Below, piece by piece: positions 27,146-40,964 of a stretch of 64,000 bases of DNA. The notes beneath the pieces are model-generated. The model had not been told where the DNA came from, searched no databases, and was given only the letters and a program-made list of their open reading frames with translations. The number at the start of each line of letters is the position of its first letter. Position 1 is the first letter of the stretch. The DNA is taken from contig OX597830.1 of the NCBI GenBank assembly GCA_951406725.2, positions 1,984,001 through 2,048,000 of the forward strand. Reading direction: 5' to 3'. Made by a program: the position numbers and the translations under genes. The DNA comes from Octopus vulgaris (taxonomy: Eukaryota).

Positions 27146-28071
27146 AACATATATATATACATATATATATGTGTGTGTGTGTGTGGTGTATATCTTGTTA
27201 TTTTTTGATAACGATAATCAATACTGCCTTCCATAGTAAGTTGTTTCACTATCAACCTAAACCTCACTTGGTGTATATAGATATTTTTATATTTTTATGT
27301 TGGAAAATGTTTCTTTAATATTTTGCTCATCACGTATTTTTATTTCTACTTAGCATTTTTTATATTCCTACACTAAATACATCGACACTAATTTCACTAA
27401 CATCCTTTTTTTATGTAGCTGGTGTCTCTCAAACCGATTCACTTTCCCTACACCAACAAATATACAATACTGAACATTCACTTGGCGACTCTTTCACCTC
27501 CGTTCAGAAAAATACAGTGGAGACTATATTTTCTTTCATCCTCTCCAAAATATACACAGCACGTCCGAATATCTCTCACAAGAAGGAAAATATTGTTTTA
27601 CTAGTTTTTCTCCTACCGAACACATATTTCTAATCATCTTTTTGACGCTTAACATTTTTTTCAATTTTTAAAAACATTTACACTGATTTAATAATATCGA
27701 AATGAATTTGAATTATGATAATGAGTTTTTTTTTTTTTTTTGTTTCTTGATTACAGTATATAGTGGTTTCAATTATATTTTCATACAACAGGTGACATCA
27801 TAAAGTTTCGCGGTTATCCGTGTTGTATTTCATCTACTGCCGTAGACCAATAAACACTCAATCATTCAATAAATGCAAAACTCAAAACAATTCTCCTTGT
27901 CGTTCAATCATTCGACGCGAGACACGTCGAGAAGTTAGCATTTCTACTCTCTCTTTCCATGGCTATGGGGGAAAAAACCCAACACAAAACAATAATTTGC
28001 TGAACTTTTCAGTATCTCTTATGTTTGCTTGATATGCATGCATACATACTGACAGAAACAACGATGGAAAG

Positions 28072-28136
<65 letters not shown>

Positions 28137-28183
28137 AATTCTCGTATATTCCATCTTCTCTCTTTCATTTGCTATACATACTC

Positions 28184-28574
28184 TTTTACTCATTTACTTG
28201 TTTCAGTCATTTTACTGTACCCATGCTGGAGCACCGCCTTTACTCGAGCAAATCGACCCCAGGACTTATTGTTTGAAAGCCTACTACTTATTCTATCGGT
28301 CTCTTTTGCCGAACCGCTAAGTTACGTAGACGTAAAAACACCACTATTGGTTGTCAAGTGATGGTGGGGGAACAACCACAGGCACACAAACATTTACACG
28401 CACATACATATATATATATATATATGTACATATATACGACGGGCTTCCTTCAGTTTCCGTCTACCAAATCCACTAACAAAGCTTTGGTCGGCCCGACGTT
28501 ATAGTAGAAGACATTCGCCCAAGGTGCCACGCAGAGGGATTGAACCCGGAACCATAGGGTTGGTAAGCAAGCTA

Positions 28575-28578
<4 letters not shown>
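28184..28578 (-). mobile_element. tRNA-derived CORE-type SINE family B (head, internal microsatellite, tail)
   Basis: Minus strand GGTTCCGGGTTCAATCCC (B box), GGCACCTTGGGCGAATGTCTTCTAC (CORE-like), then a tail ending GGTGCTCCAGCATGG..GACTGAAACAAGTAAA; head matches 63764-63930. Confidence 0.85.
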
Positions 28579-28616
<38 letters not shown>

Positions 28617-28659
28617 ATATATATATACATACACACAAATACACACACACACACACACA

Positions 28660-28745
<86 letters not shown>

Positions 28746-28778
28746 CGTACATATATAAATATATATACACACACACGC
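28579..28778. repeat. Compound (AT)n/(AC)n microsatellite
   Basis: Seen directly; similar tracts at 300-391, 1213-1294, 20364-20468, 21404-21480, 27062-27185, 36595-36840, 40025-40149, 59870-59942, 61925-62097 and 63616-63763. Confidence 0.95.
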
Positions 28779-30699
28779 AACTGAAAACAAAGAGAAGAGT
28801 GGAAATTTATTCACATCCATAACTTTATATTAAACAAAGTTTTCTACATCATATATAACACCGACCAACTTGTGTTTCAAGTAACTGCATATTGCTCTGT
28901 ATGCTGTTATGCATCTTAGTCGATACAATTCCATGACTTACTCGTTTTCAAAGTGAATTAATTCAAACAAGCTTCCTGTGTTGTACATATATATTAATAT
29001 AGATCGATAGATTAATAGACAGACACAGACAAAGAGATAGATAATGTGGAGATTGTTACACCCTCAACATTGATTTCCTTTTATTCTAAATGTCATACAG
29101 CATACTTTTATAGTTAGAAGACCTACACATGTTTCCACTGGACATTTAAGGATAGAACGAAAACAGACAGCATGAACGTAACCAGACTAATCTGGTCCAC
29201 TTAAGATAGGAACCATAGCTTAAACCGTATGGAAAAGAGGGAGATAGATGTGAGTTAGCTATAGAAGAAATGTACCAAATCTTTACATCGAGATACAAAT
29301 TACTTAATAGCAGGCTGGAACAGGCCTTAAGATACTTACATTAAAATGCCCACACCTTTAAGATATTTCGCACACGGTCTAGTTAACTCAATATTCCACC
29401 CACCGATGGGTGGGAATGAAAAGACAGAAGCATATGTCCTGAACTCCCTTACTACTTACCCTTTTTCTTAACTAACCTTTCCAATGCTTCCTTATTCTAA
29501 ATTCTTCTGAAGAAAGGATTTGAACACTGGAAAGATTGAACACAATACAACAGGTTTGTGCGCCATCGATAGAAATATAACTTACTCATGGTACCTATTT
29601 GATATTTTATTGATTGGGAACGTGAAAAGTGAAGTGTCGAGTCTGGTCCATGTGCAAACTAGGTTAACTGCGATGGTTTGTGTTTGAACCATTATCCGTT
29701 TCACTGATTGTCTTATTTCTATAAATTTGGCCTTCAATAATTCTCAGTGTCCTGATAATTGAGAAAATTTCATAAAATAGCCGACATCATTTATTGATGG
29801 TATTAGAACAGAAGGAGATGGGAATGGTAGTCGTAGAAGTACCGGGTATTAAGCGAGTTAAACGTGAATTTTGTTAACAGAATTGTACAAGTGAGCTGCA
29901 GTAAATGTTGATGAAGCTAAACGAATTATGTGTTTATATAAATAAATAATAAGGTCAGACTATTATTTAATTACTACCCAGAAATAATTATGAGCATTCG
30001 TTCCTAATAAACGTGTCATATTCCACGGTATTTGGCATGGTTAATTGAAACTGGAGAGTCTCACAGCTGTTTGCAACAAAATCATCATCTCCCAAAATTA
30101 CTAGCATTTTTCTTTTTCTTTCTTTGTTTCTCCGGATCTGTGAAGCAACATTTGATATTACGTAACTTGATATGCTGCAGAAATTCACTTATCACCAACA
30201 TCCTTTTCATACATAGATACGCCGCATTCTATATTTATTTGTATAAATGCATACGTGTCTGTTTGTGCGCACGTAAGGATATTATTTGGCTCATCCAACT
30301 TAACTCGGACGTATTGCTTTAAGCGCCATTAGCTGCTGTAGTAATTCGTCCAAAGAACTCAGTTCTTACAAGCGTAAAGTGCTAAGAAGCATAGGTTATA
30401 ACGGTGGACGAAATTTCAGCACCATCAGTGGACAGCACATGATTTTGGTGTGATCTTCGCCTCGTCAACGCAAGCCTATGAGGCAACAATTACGCTGAAA
30501 TTCCGTGACACAACTGTACCATCCGCTGGAGCCGGCGAAATTCGGCTGCTGATAGAATTTGGATTTTTAGCACTTTAGGTCGATTACTGCTGCTTAAAGT
30601 GTTTAAAACAACATATTCAAGTCAGGTTGAATATGCAAATTAATATTCGTTACAAAGTTTACTTCCCTTACTAATAGCAAATACGCGCGCACATGCGCG

Positions 30700-30748
<49 letters not shown>

Positions 30749-30757
30749 GAAACATAA

Positions 30758-31010
30758 GGCGGCGAGCTGGCAGAAACGTTAGCGCGTCGGGCGAAATGCT
30801 TAGCGGTATTTCGGCTGTCGTTACGTTCTGAGTTCAAATTCCGCCGACGTCGACTTTGCCTTTTATCCTTTTGGGGTCGATAAATAAAGTACCAGTTACG
30901 CACTGGGGCAGATGTAATCGACTTAGTCCCTTTGTCTGTCCTTGTTTGTCTCCTCCATGTTTAGCCCCTTGTGGGCAATAAAGAAATAAGAAACGTTAGC
31001 ACGCCAAGCG
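30758..31010 (+). mobile_element. tRNA-derived SINE family A, followed by the start of a second unit
   Basis: GGCGGCGAGCTGGCAGAAACGTTAG (A box), GAGTTCAAATTCC (B box), central GCCTTTTATCCTTTTGGGGTCGATAAA; matches several other copies in the window. Confidence 0.88.
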
Positions 31011-31754
31011 CCATTTGTTGTCCTTAGGATTACAGCTGTTTCACAACCTTCTACATGCAATAATATTTTCAGTGCATAATAAATCATGCTGACATGTTTG
31101 CGTAAATATGCACGCTACGCATTTTACAATACAATCATATATTTACAAATAAATGCAAATAAAGAAAGCTTTCAAATTTCCAGAACATCATGGTTGCGCC
31201 TATGATTCAATGCGTTAGATATTTCCATCTTTCAAACCTCCTGACTTTTTAAGGTTTATAAACTCCTCATAAAATAATTTCATCCATCGGATACCTTGTA
31301 TTTTAGCTATATGGAACTCTGCATTATACTCGTCGGTATTGAATTACTGTGTGCTCTGTTAGCCGAGTCCGTTAGAGGAGCTTTGTGTGAAAGTCACATG
31401 AGTTTTCGAATCATGTGTGTGTGTGCGCGCGCGCTTTTTTATGCTTAGCATGAAAACATATGTTGACGCAGCTTTTGCTGTATGTAGAGGGGGTTATCTT
31501 GCCAAAAATAACTACACGCACTGGTTCTGTTTCATTCATTTTATTATGGCTAGTCAAGTAGGTAATATTTTAACCAACTAGCTAATCGATTGTCTGATCA
31601 ATCACTCGCTAAATTAGTCGATCAGCTATTGATAAGTCAATTGGTTAAATGGCAAATTGACTAATGATAATGAAAAGTCTAATAGAAGTGCTTGTATTTA
31701 TTATTGACATAATGACCCTCCCAAGATACATTAGTATAAATATGTGTGTAATAT

Positions 31755-31950
31755 ATACGCATACACGCACATACACGCACACACGCACATACACGCAAAC
31801 ACTCATATACACGCAAACACTCACATAAACGCACACACGCACAAATACGCACACACGCACATACACACACACACGCACATACACGCAAACACTCACGTAC
31901 ACGCAAACACTCACATACACGCACACACGCACATACACACACACGCGCAA
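31755..31950. repeat. 18-bp minisatellite of about 10 units built on (CA)n
   Basis: Units ATACACGCACACACGCAC / ATACACGCAAACACTCAC; the 6-aa periodicity of the overlapping ORFs agrees. Confidence 0.85.
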
Positions 31951-32311
31951 ACTATTTTCATGAATTCAACATAGTTCTCCGCTTCTGGCAATCAAGTTGT
32001 AACTCACAAAAGCGTTCAAATTTGATCTCCAGAAATTATAAACAATTTCGGATTGCCATATTATCATTAGGGCAAGATGAAAGAGGGACACGACTTTGAT
32101 TCTCTGTAACAAAAAGCTCTCAACTCAAACTATTTATCCATCGGTCTACCAATTTCTCTCTATCTTATCCAGCTATCTATCTGTCAGTTGATCTTTTCAT
32201 CTTTATTTTTATGTATGTGCTTTTGCTAGTGAATATTTACGTGTAGTTATATCAACTATGAATTCACTATCTATCAATCTATACATACATATATATAAAC
32301 ATATACATACG

Positions 32312-32360
<49 letters not shown>

Positions 32361-32363
<3 letters not shown>

Positions 32364-32552
32364 GGGAAGAATTCACGAAAAAAAAAACAAAAGACGGAGA
32401 CAGGTAGTGTACAAAACAAACAGATGTATTAGTATAATGCTCAGGAACTGAAAGTCTTTTACGTTTCGAGCCAACGCTCTTCTACAGAAAGGGACACAGA
32501 AAAAACAAGGAGAGAAAAAATGTGTGTAGTGGCTACCGATCTATCATGGCGA
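32361..32552 (-). mobile_element. TA-associated repeat with a hammerhead-like motif (probable Penelope pseudo-LTR remnant), copy 1
   Basis: Reverse-complement similarity to 48850-49040; minus strand reads TTTCTGTAGAAGAGCGTTGGCTCGAAACGTAAAAGAC; ends in (TA)n. Confidence 0.65.
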
Positions 32553-33997
32553 CGGTGTATGTATGTATGTATCTATGTATGTATGTATGTATGTATGTAT
32601 GTATGTATGTATGTATGTATACATACTTACATATACATATATACATATACATACATACGTAGGTACGATTGTGTGTGTGTATGTGATATATTCAATATAC
32701 CAATGAATGCAGGTTTTACAAGACATGGGCTGTTAACTGGCAAACAAATTCCTGTTGGGTGTGCTGCTCAGTTCCTAGACCCTCGAACCTCTCAGGTAAA
32801 AACTACAGCCTCACACCAGTATGGACGTCTGAACTGTTTACAAAAAATTGATAATGGACCGTTTAATTTCCGGAATAAAGTGAACAGTATAACCGTCAGA
32901 CTACTGAAAAATATAACGCTGGACTTGAAAACAGCAGTATCGCAAGTCGAAAACTTGAAGCTAATTCAAAAACTAGTAGCCTTTATAATACATATATCAA
33001 CTGAAATGCCACACCGTTGCAACTGAAGACACGAAGCAGCGATTTATTCCTGTAATTGTTGCTTTTCTTACACTTTGTGAAGAATGCAGTCAAGGCTGTC
33101 TCAGAAATTGTCCCATGTGAGGGGCTAGAAAATTTCCAAGCGTAAGAAGGAAGGAAGATCCTTTTAGTGACGGATGTTAACTACATAATCAGCTTATTGG
33201 ACTTCATTATAAACCTCGTAATAACATTATTTCCAGCTCATTAATACATTCAGTTATGTCAATTTTTTCCGCTTCGTCTTCATCACTCATTAGCATTGTA
33301 ATTAACAATCCATTAGTGCAAACTTTGGTTACCAGTGGAAATACTGACAACTATCGAAACCGACATTGTTTAGTTATTAAATCATTCAAATAGAATGTAT
33401 GATATCAACCACACGATGCCAAACTTGTGATGGCATCAACACATCTCGCTTCCTGAAATACAGGAATGTACGGCAAGTGAGCATTTGATGTGTTGTAATG
33501 TTGTACAAACACTAATCGCTGTTAGTTATTCACAGCCTCTGCTTCGATGTTATGTTGGAACAGATTTTCATGCTTCAACATTAACATTAACTCCCGTGAA
33601 ATTCTTCGAGTGTTATCTAATTATGCTTGCCTGAAGATTTCACCTGTTATGCTCTTCAGTAATTTAACTCTAATCACGTCATATCCTGTTGATAAACCTT
33701 GTCAAAGTATTCTAAAGACCATTGAAAATGCTTAACACAAGAATTAAGCTACCTCATTAGAACCTCAGTGAAGTAGGAAACAATAGAATGAATGGCAAAG
33801 ACATAATGTTACAAGGTAGGGGAGATGTTCGTCATAGACACATAATACACAGATTAGCCTGGAAGAACAAAAAGATCACAAAATCCACTGCTAACACTTT
33901 ACAACTGATTTCTCAACCATTGACAAAAATGTATACGTTTCTCGGTGTTTCATTTCCCAATGTCTGTCGACAACGAATTACAATATTCAGGTTCATA

Positions 33998-34205
33998 AGG
34001 CAGCGAACTGACGGAATCCTTAGCAAGCCGAACAAAATGCTTAGCAGCATTTCATCCGTCTTTACGTTCTGAGATAAAATTCCCCCGAGATCGACTTTGC
34101 CTTTCATCCTTTCGGAGACGATAAAATAAATACCAGTTATGTCCCTTGATATTAGCAACGTACCTCCTCCCCTCAAATTACTCGCTTAGTGCCAAAATTT
34201 AAGAC
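33998..34205 (+). mobile_element. SINE family A, degenerate
   Basis: AAATGCTTAGC..TTACGTTCTGAG..GACTTTGCCTTTCATCCTTTCGG. Confidence 0.8.
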
Positions 34206-34707
34206 CTCTAATCTATAAGATCACGACTATTATTAATTACCAAGGTCCACAGGAATAATGGCTGTTATGAGCCACCGCTTACAAAGACTTTCTTTAGACT
34301 TTTTTTCACGTTTTGGGGAAATTGTGTTCATATACCAAACTACCATTTGGCCTTGCCAACGCCATAAGCTTTGTAATGAATGATAAATCAAAAATAATCA
34401 CTGAATCATCTTAAATCTATTTGTATTTAGCAATGTTATTCCTTTTTATTAACCATAACTCAATGTTGATTGTACAGGCTTTTAATAACATGTTTCTACT
34501 ATGAAAATCCTGTTTATATTATGTCTAAGACTATACCCTTCCATATGTTCTGTTTGTTTTTAAGATAAGATCTGATCTGAGAAATATTTGGCTGTTATTT
34601 CTAGCTGGTTGATTGACCATATAAAAGCTCTTTCTTTGGCGCTGTTCAAGTATCCTTCAGGATGGAAGACGGGTGTTGCAGAATTGGCAGATGTATTTGA
34701 CCAATTT

Positions 34708-34920
34708 AAGGTGGCGAGCTGACTGAATCGGTTCCGCGCCGAATAAACCGCTTAGCAGTTTTTCTTCCGACAATCTGTTCTGAGTTCAAATGCCACCGGA
34801 TTCAACTTTGCCTGCCATCCTTTCAGGATCCATAAATTAAGTACCAATCCAGCATTGAGGTCGATGTCATCGACTAAACCCCTTCCCCGCAATTGTTGGC
34901 TTTCTGTCAAAACTTCAAAC
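34708..34920 (+). mobile_element. SINE family A, degenerate, with a candidate target-site duplication
   Basis: GGTGGCGAGCTG..GAGTTCAAATGCC..CATCCTTTC; TATTTGACCAA at 34694-34704 and 34924-34934. Confidence 0.8.
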
Positions 34921-35387
34921 TAATATTTGACCAAAGGGTTTAACATATTCAGCTGTCTCCCTTTATATTCTCAGTCCTAAAGTGGTCTGTGAAATCTGAG
35001 CTTCACTAAGAACCCTCTGTGAACTATTAAACACAAATACATACAGGCATATACACACCTGCATACATACTAGCATACATGCACACATCCTGGGTACACA
35101 CAAAGTAGAAAACTCGGGGTATTTCCAATGCAGCACTCGAATTCTTGGCTATCAATACTCTCAAGCTGAAGTCTTCAGAAAAATTCAAAGTTAACAGCTA
35201 CTGAAACACCAGATACATCACAGGTACAAGCAGCTAGTGGGTCTTACGAAGAGTAACATATACAAGAAGACGATACGTGAATTTGGCACATTATTAATAC
35301 TGGTTGCAGTGGTTCGTCAACCACTCAATTTCTAATGCTGTTGCACATGATTCGATGTGAAAAGTTAAGCAATATATGTAGGTGATT

Positions 35388-35820
35388 GGCGGCGAGCTGG
35401 CAGAAACCTTAGCGCGCCGGACGAAATGCTTAGCGGTATTTCATCTGCCGCTACGTTCTGAGTTCAAATTCCGCCGAGGTCGACTTTGCCTTTCATCCTT
35501 TCGGGGTCGATAAATTAAGTACCAGTTACGCACTGGGGTCGATATAATCGACTTAATCCGTTTGTCTGTCCGTGTTTGTCCCCTCTGCGTTTAGCTCCTT
35601 GTGGGCAATAAAGAAATAAGAAATGTTAGCACGCTGGGCGAAATGCATAGCGGTATTTCGTCTGTCTTTACGTTCCGAGTTCAAATTCCGCCGAGGGCGA
35701 CTTTGCCTTTCATCCTTTCGGGGTCAATAAATTAAGTACTAGTTGCGTACTGGAGTCGATCTAATCGACTGCTTCCTCCCCCAAAATTTCTGGCCTTGTG
35801 CCTAGAGTAGAAATAAAGAA
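35388..35820 (+). mobile_element. Dimeric SINE family A with a 17-bp target-site duplication
   Basis: Unit 1 at 35388-35620, unit 2 at 35621-35815; AATAT(A/T)TGTAGGTGATT at 35371-35387 and 35822-35838. Confidence 0.9.
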
Positions 35821-36591
35821 AAATATTTGTAGGTGATTACATTGGAGAGGCACTTCGATAAATATCAAGTCGTGAGCTTTTAAATCGAACAATGTGAAAA
35901 GCTACGACATTACCTAATGTACAATCGTCCGACTTGACGCTAGTCTGATAAAGTGCCACTCCAGTATTACTTTTCCCTTGGCATCATTTACCATCACTTT
36001 CAAAGGAGTTATATAATGGAAACTTCACAAGTTCAAAATGTTTGCATGACCGGAGAGTACACAGCAGAGATATTTCATAATCCTTTTATTATGCAGGATT
36101 GTTATTTATGTGGCAAATCTATATCTACAGCTGCAGCTAGATTTTGAAATTTACTATCAAATAATACATATGCTAGGACACAACAACCTCCTAAGCAGAC
36201 CGAGTGCAGATACGAGTAGCATATCTGCCTTGCTCCCTCGAAACAAAGATGCAGAAGAATAATACGTGCAATCTTTTTACCACAGAAGACTAAAATATGT
36301 TTTACTAAAGTTTCATTACTGAGCAATGATTCAAGGACGATTACCTGTGCCTTCGGGGAAAATGTAAGTCATGCATATATTACCTGGAGCTTTCCCGACT
36401 CTACTGACAACAACCTGTAATTTTATTCGCATAGGTCTGCTTGTACGAGCGTATATATATGTACATACATTCACACACACACACACACATACATAAATAT
36501 GTTTATAAGCATAATCATTTATAAAGATAAATATATATATATACTCATACACACAAACATATATATATATCTATACTCACACATACATACA

Positions 36592-36637
<46 letters not shown>

Positions 36638-36672
36638 TAAATATGTGTGTGTGTGTGAGTATATATATATAG

Positions 36673-36704
<32 letters not shown>

Positions 36705-36767
36705 TGATATTTATGTTTATTTCATGTTCAGTTATAATACACATGCATGCGCGCACACACACACACA

Positions 36768-36842
<75 letters not shown>

Positions 36843-38759
36843 TAATATTTTTTATGTCCAGTTATAATAAAAGCACTTTTACATTAAATCTGATGGGTTA
36901 CTCCATTCTCTTGAAGAGTAGCAACTTATTCTTTTTTAAAAAATAGTATTGGCAGTGACTTCGAAATTTTGGTCATCTCAGCCGTCATCGGAATTTCATT
37001 CAAATTAATCTGTGTGTGTGTGTGTGTTTATAATTTTCACTTTTATCGTTAATGAAATAAGTGTATGATTTCAACGGAAATCTTATAAACTGACATGGCA
37101 AAGCTGAGCTTAGCCCTGGGTGCGGTGAGACCCAGCCATGTGCATTAAGATGCGTAAATTTAAACACGCTAACACGCAGGCGGGTATAAAATTATAGTTA
37201 GTTGTTCATTATATGATTAAGATTTTTGATGAATGCAACGGTAATTTAAAAGTATATGAGTAAAGAGCTACTGCAGACAAGCTATACACACACACGCATG
37301 TATGCACATATATATGTAATATCTATGTATATATAGTTGTACCAAAGTAAACACAGTAGAGATACAGATATATATAGTCAGCGATGGCATACACACACAC
37401 ACACACAGAGATACACACACATATGCATTGACATTTTTTCTAATCATTTTTTTCATATATATTTATATGCATATGTGATACATTTCTATATATGTGTATG
37501 CGTGTGTATGGTTGTGTTTGTGTGTATATATGTATACAAATACACAAGCACACACACACGCCCACATACACATATATTTGTGAGGGTGTATGTATATATA
37601 TATATATATATATATATTCTGTATCCGTTGTCTGCATATGTAAGTCTACAGTATTTACCTCGTTACAATTGAATAGAAAGCATAAATGTAATAATGCGAT
37701 AGAAATAGATTCCTTCATCTTTTATGGCTAACCTGATTTATTTCTACTCTGAGACTTACAACATTATCACCACCAACTCCTCTACCTTAATGTCACTATT
37801 TACACTCCTCCTTCCAATACCACCACCACCACCACTAGTACCTCCACGACTACTGCTACTAACAAAATTACTAACAATACATACAAAGTCTATCACAGTC
37901 TCTTTGTCTTTTTCCGCTATTGCTGACACCCTCAGCAGTGCAACATCCCCAGTAAGAGGGTCAGCATCATTATGCCTAAGCTGGCCAGCTTCATCACCGC
38001 ACATACTAACAAATCAAAGGCAGCCTACTCCAAGCAAATCAACCTCAACCTCTGCAACATTATGGCAATCACCGCTGTGAATAACTTTCCCCCAACGCTA
38101 TCGCTACCACCAAAGCTTTACATTTATATAACCACCAATATTACCATCTTCATTTCTAAACACCAGAGTCACCATCACCAACAATACCACCATCAACAAC
38201 TACAACATCACTAATATTTCAAGTGCCTAACCCAGCAACGTTAGCACCATGATGGCGGTGGTAAGTAAAATAAAAAAAAGATATATTAAAGAATTAGTGA
38301 GGAGGAAATAATAAAGAAATATGCTGTGTATATGTATGTATAAATATATGCTACAAAGACGAGTGAGTACTCGATGCATAATCGAGAGTATATTATTTCA
38401 ATTGATTTTCCCCCCTAACTATCTGAAATGTGCGTTGCCACAAATTTTACGTGCGAACAAGATAATTTCCTGCAGTTCATTATCTTTTATGAATACTGAA
38501 GGAAATTCACCTTTGTGCATGGTGCTTTTAAAAAGTAACCAACAATTTAATCGATGGCCATTGAACAAGAGTACTTCATTTATAAACCGATAATAGATTA
38601 CTGGAAATGAAATAATGACACCGATAATCGCAGAAAGTGAACGGATCAGCTATTTTCTACGTAGTATATATATATATATATAATCCAGATAATAAGAAAC
38701 AAAGAAATTCTTTAACACATCTTTAATGATTCGTTACAATTGTTTCTGTAACAGATGCA

Positions 38760-39083
38760 GCAAGCTGCCCCATCCGTGACAAAGATTTATGCTAAGGAGT
38801 AAATGTTGTGTATAGAATACAATGTAACAAATGTAACAAGTTCTATGTGGGTAGCACAACAAGACCATTACACATTTGCATCAAAGAACATCTGAACACG
38901 CGAGCCTCCTCCTTCAGAAAACATCTAGACAGATGCCGGAACACAGACGAAAGCATAACAGTCACAATTGAGGCCAATGAAAGAAATTTGGGTAATGTAA
39001 GAATTAAGGAAGCTATTCTCATAGACGGATTACTTCCCCAAATTAGCAACAGGCTGCAGGTTGGCAGTCAGTATATTATTTAG
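38760..39083 (+). mobile_element. Penelope-like element remnant encoding the GIY-YIG endonuclease C-terminus
   Basis: NVVYRIQCNKCNKFYVGSTTRPLHICIKEH..SSFRKHL..RIKEAILI..PQISN matches the PLE GIY-YIG pattern (VVY-CxxC-YVG-T-R-L-EH..EA..P-N). Confidence 0.85.
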
Positions 39084-40016
39084 CTACATCTGGATGCGTG
39101 TAGGTTCATTTTTGATAACATGCGCGTGTAATATATAGTAAAAAAAAGAAGAAAAAGAAAAACTGCACGTATAATATATAACTTAGAAGTGCCAGCACAC
39201 ACAAGCTTCTCATGAGAAATTTCGGAAGGAGCTTCGTGAGACCACTGCAGAGACGCTTCCAGAAGAAGAAAAAAACCGTTGGAGAACCGATTATAGCAGT
39301 GACTCGATCAATTCCTAGCGATATCTGAAGGAATTTTTATATTCCAAAATATTATATCAGACTATGGATGATTAAATTGCAACAGTTATTATAATCTATT
39401 GTTGATAAGTGGATTGTTGTGACGTTCAAGATACATTATTTTCTTTAACAAATCTATATTCATCTTACTGACATCCTTCTAAATTAAAGGAGAGAGTATG
39501 AATGAAATAGAAAAGACAAAGTGAAAATAATTAATATTGGAATTACTTAATTCCTGTCTCATAATTTTCCAATGTCGAGACAAATTTTGGAGTTTCAGTT
39601 CAAGAGAATATTCCGTATTCAGCTTTTGTCATGGTATCAGCCTTTTATTTTTATATTCTGTGCAATACTGGGAAGCTGCAAGCACATGTACATGGAATAA
39701 TAATGTAGCCTCATCACTGTGATTTGTCTTTTATTCGACGATCTTAGACATTCGAATTTCCCTCTGCTATTTTTTAAAGGTTGATTTCTTATACATCCAA
39801 TTGTTAATTGGGTAATTACATTTTTCTTCATGCAATGGAGTGAGGAAACTAAGCGAAATAGTGAAAACTTTATAATTTTTGAAAAGGAAGAATGCTTTCA
39901 CATTCAGTGAGAGTTAAGGGTCTTCAAGAGGCATGGTGATGATTATGGGATGAAAAATAAAAATGAAAAGGTTATTGTCATATAGCAACATTAGGATTTA
40001 ACCCATTTATTCCACA

Positions 40017-40149
<133 letters not shown>

Positions 40150-40287
40150 GGAAAAAAAATTCAAGATAGAAAATGCTAAAATAATTTTATAAAAATATTT
40201 CAGTACCGGTTTCAGTCATTGAGACTTTCTCAACTGTAACAATTTTTTCCCATAAATATAAACTCGTGTGTTCCCTTTCATCCTTAT

Positions 40288-40324
<37 letters not shown>

Positions 40325-40964
40325 ATCAGTTAATTAATAAATGACTAAACACTATAGATATGTAATTTTTATCTATTTCAGCTACAAGTGCCTTGTCTCT
40401 GTTACAAGTGATGGTCTAGAGTTTCAGAGCTTCATCAGAGCTTTGTTGATGCATTTGATTTTAAAAGCGTTTACACACAGATAGAGAAACATATACGTAT
40501 ACACATAAGCGTATTTATAGTCACACACACACATATATTTATCCATATGAACATCTTAAACTTCATGTCTCACACTCTTTCTTTCTCTCTTTCCGTCAAT
40601 GTCTCATTTTTTCTTTCTCTCTCTCCCCAACGAAGCGTTAAGCGAATACCATAGTTATCAAAGTTTGTTTCTCCCTTTGTTGTTCTTTTTAACGCTTACC
40701 TTTGCATCATACGTGTGTGAGTGTGATTTGAGAGAAAGAGAGAGAAAAGAGGGGGAGGGAGAGTTTTGATTATTTCTCTTTTCTATCATCGTACAATGTT
40801 TCTGCTTTTATTTCCGCTGTCATCACCGCTAAAGTGTGAAGACAATATTTATGGAGTAGACATGTCAAAACAGCTCACTTTATGACCACCATTAATCAAT
40901 ATTCGATCATTATAAATCTGTTTCCTTGTAAGGGTTCAATAAAATGCCTAGCAGTTGTTGTTAT

